From: Antedon mediterranea
Lineage: Eukaryota > Animalia > Echinodermata
Assembly (NCBI RefSeq): GCF_964355755.1
Contig: NC_092670.1
Location: 31,980,388-32,044,387 of the forward strand
DNA: 64,000 bases
Reading direction: 5' to 3'
Made by a program: the position numbers and the translations under genes. Under the pieces are notes generated by a model, which saw nothing but the letters and a program-made list of their open reading frames with translations, did not search any database and was not told the origin of the DNA. Of the stretch, positions 62,944-64,000 are shown in pieces; positions within the stretch are counted from its first letter, which is position 1; each line of letters opens with the position of its first letter.

Positions 62944-64000
62944 TCATGGAGCATGCTGCATGGTATGATCAATATACTGTAAGAATATTTTTCCGAGTGT
63001 TGATAAAATTATTTTCAAAGTTCAAATTCGATAATACAAAAAATTGTACATATATTTAAGTGCTCAAATTGCATGATGCTAATATATTATGGTAGTAAGA
63101 ACTGCTTTACAGCAGTGTAGTCACTGTAAATTTTCTTGTTAGTTTTCCCTTAATAATTTTCAATTGTATATAATGTTCAGAATATCAATGTAGGCGGATT
63201 GGAATTTCTCTTTGCCTATATCAAATTTATATACTGAATTTGTCAGGCACGAGAGAAAATCCAAACAGCCCAGTAATATTATTTTTTAAATAGAATGTAC
63301 TTATTCTTCTAAAATTGTATTTATTTAACCTAAATACCAAATTGTATATCACATGTGCTAACTGAATATTTCTTTGTTATTCAGTACTGTATACGAACAT
63401 AAACCAAAGCCCATTTTCTAAATAATAGTAGTAAAAGTAACATGCAACTTCTAAGCCTACAATAGAAATACAGTACAACCTACCCTAAATAGTAGCATAG
63501 TGATATTACAGTCAACCATAATATTTCTGATTATGTAGAATGCAATTGCTTATTTCTTTATATGTGGATGTATCATGCTATAAGGCTAATTTTAAAGTCT
63601 TCTACCTAGATTAATTTCCCACCCCTAGACTTTCTAGGCAGGTTGCTGAACAACAATGTGTGCTATCACGGACCAAAAAACTGTTAATAAATGAAATTTA
63701 AATGTTATTAATATACCCACAAACAATAGCATTAGACAACACAATGCATTAAGATTAAGGTTAAAATGTTGTCATAGCAATCTATATACAGTAGTGTCAC
63801 TTCTGTATTAAAGTGTGCCGAATATTTATTGTATTTATATCAACTGGTAGATTTAATATTTGTTATCTTTATATTTTACAGATTTTTTAAAATTGTTGAG
63901 GTATGTAAACATACTGTACAATTGTAGTTATATTAAGTTAGCGGTACACCATGTACCATGTATGTAGTTCTGAAAAGAACTTTTGAAGTTCTCTCAATAT

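Overview
AT-rich, intron-containing animal genomic DNA, probably from a marine invertebrate (inference); it is not prokaryotic. Three host genes were reconstructed by hand with in-phase GT-AG junctions: a CREB/CREM/ATF1-family transcription factor (minus, about 296 aa), the PAN2 deadenylase (minus, 25 coding exons, about 1181 aa) and SEC22A/C (plus, 5 coding exons, about 317 aa, head-to-head with PAN2). The first ~16 kb is a dense mosaic of short coding fragments from many transposon superfamilies, all on the minus strand, partly duplicated in modules and seeded with minisatellites. It is followed by an intact two-exon chromo-barrel gene. Top candidates for novelty: (1) a flamenco-like uni-strand transposon trap (putative piRNA cluster); (2) a tandemly duplicated, frame-incompatible exon pair giving CREB two alternative DNA-binding basic regions; (3) a Nab2/ZC3H14-type CCCH zinc finger encoded by one exon inside the PAN2 pseudo-UCH domain. 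All family assignments come from motif recognition and recalled sequences, not from database searches; repeat boundaries are approximate.
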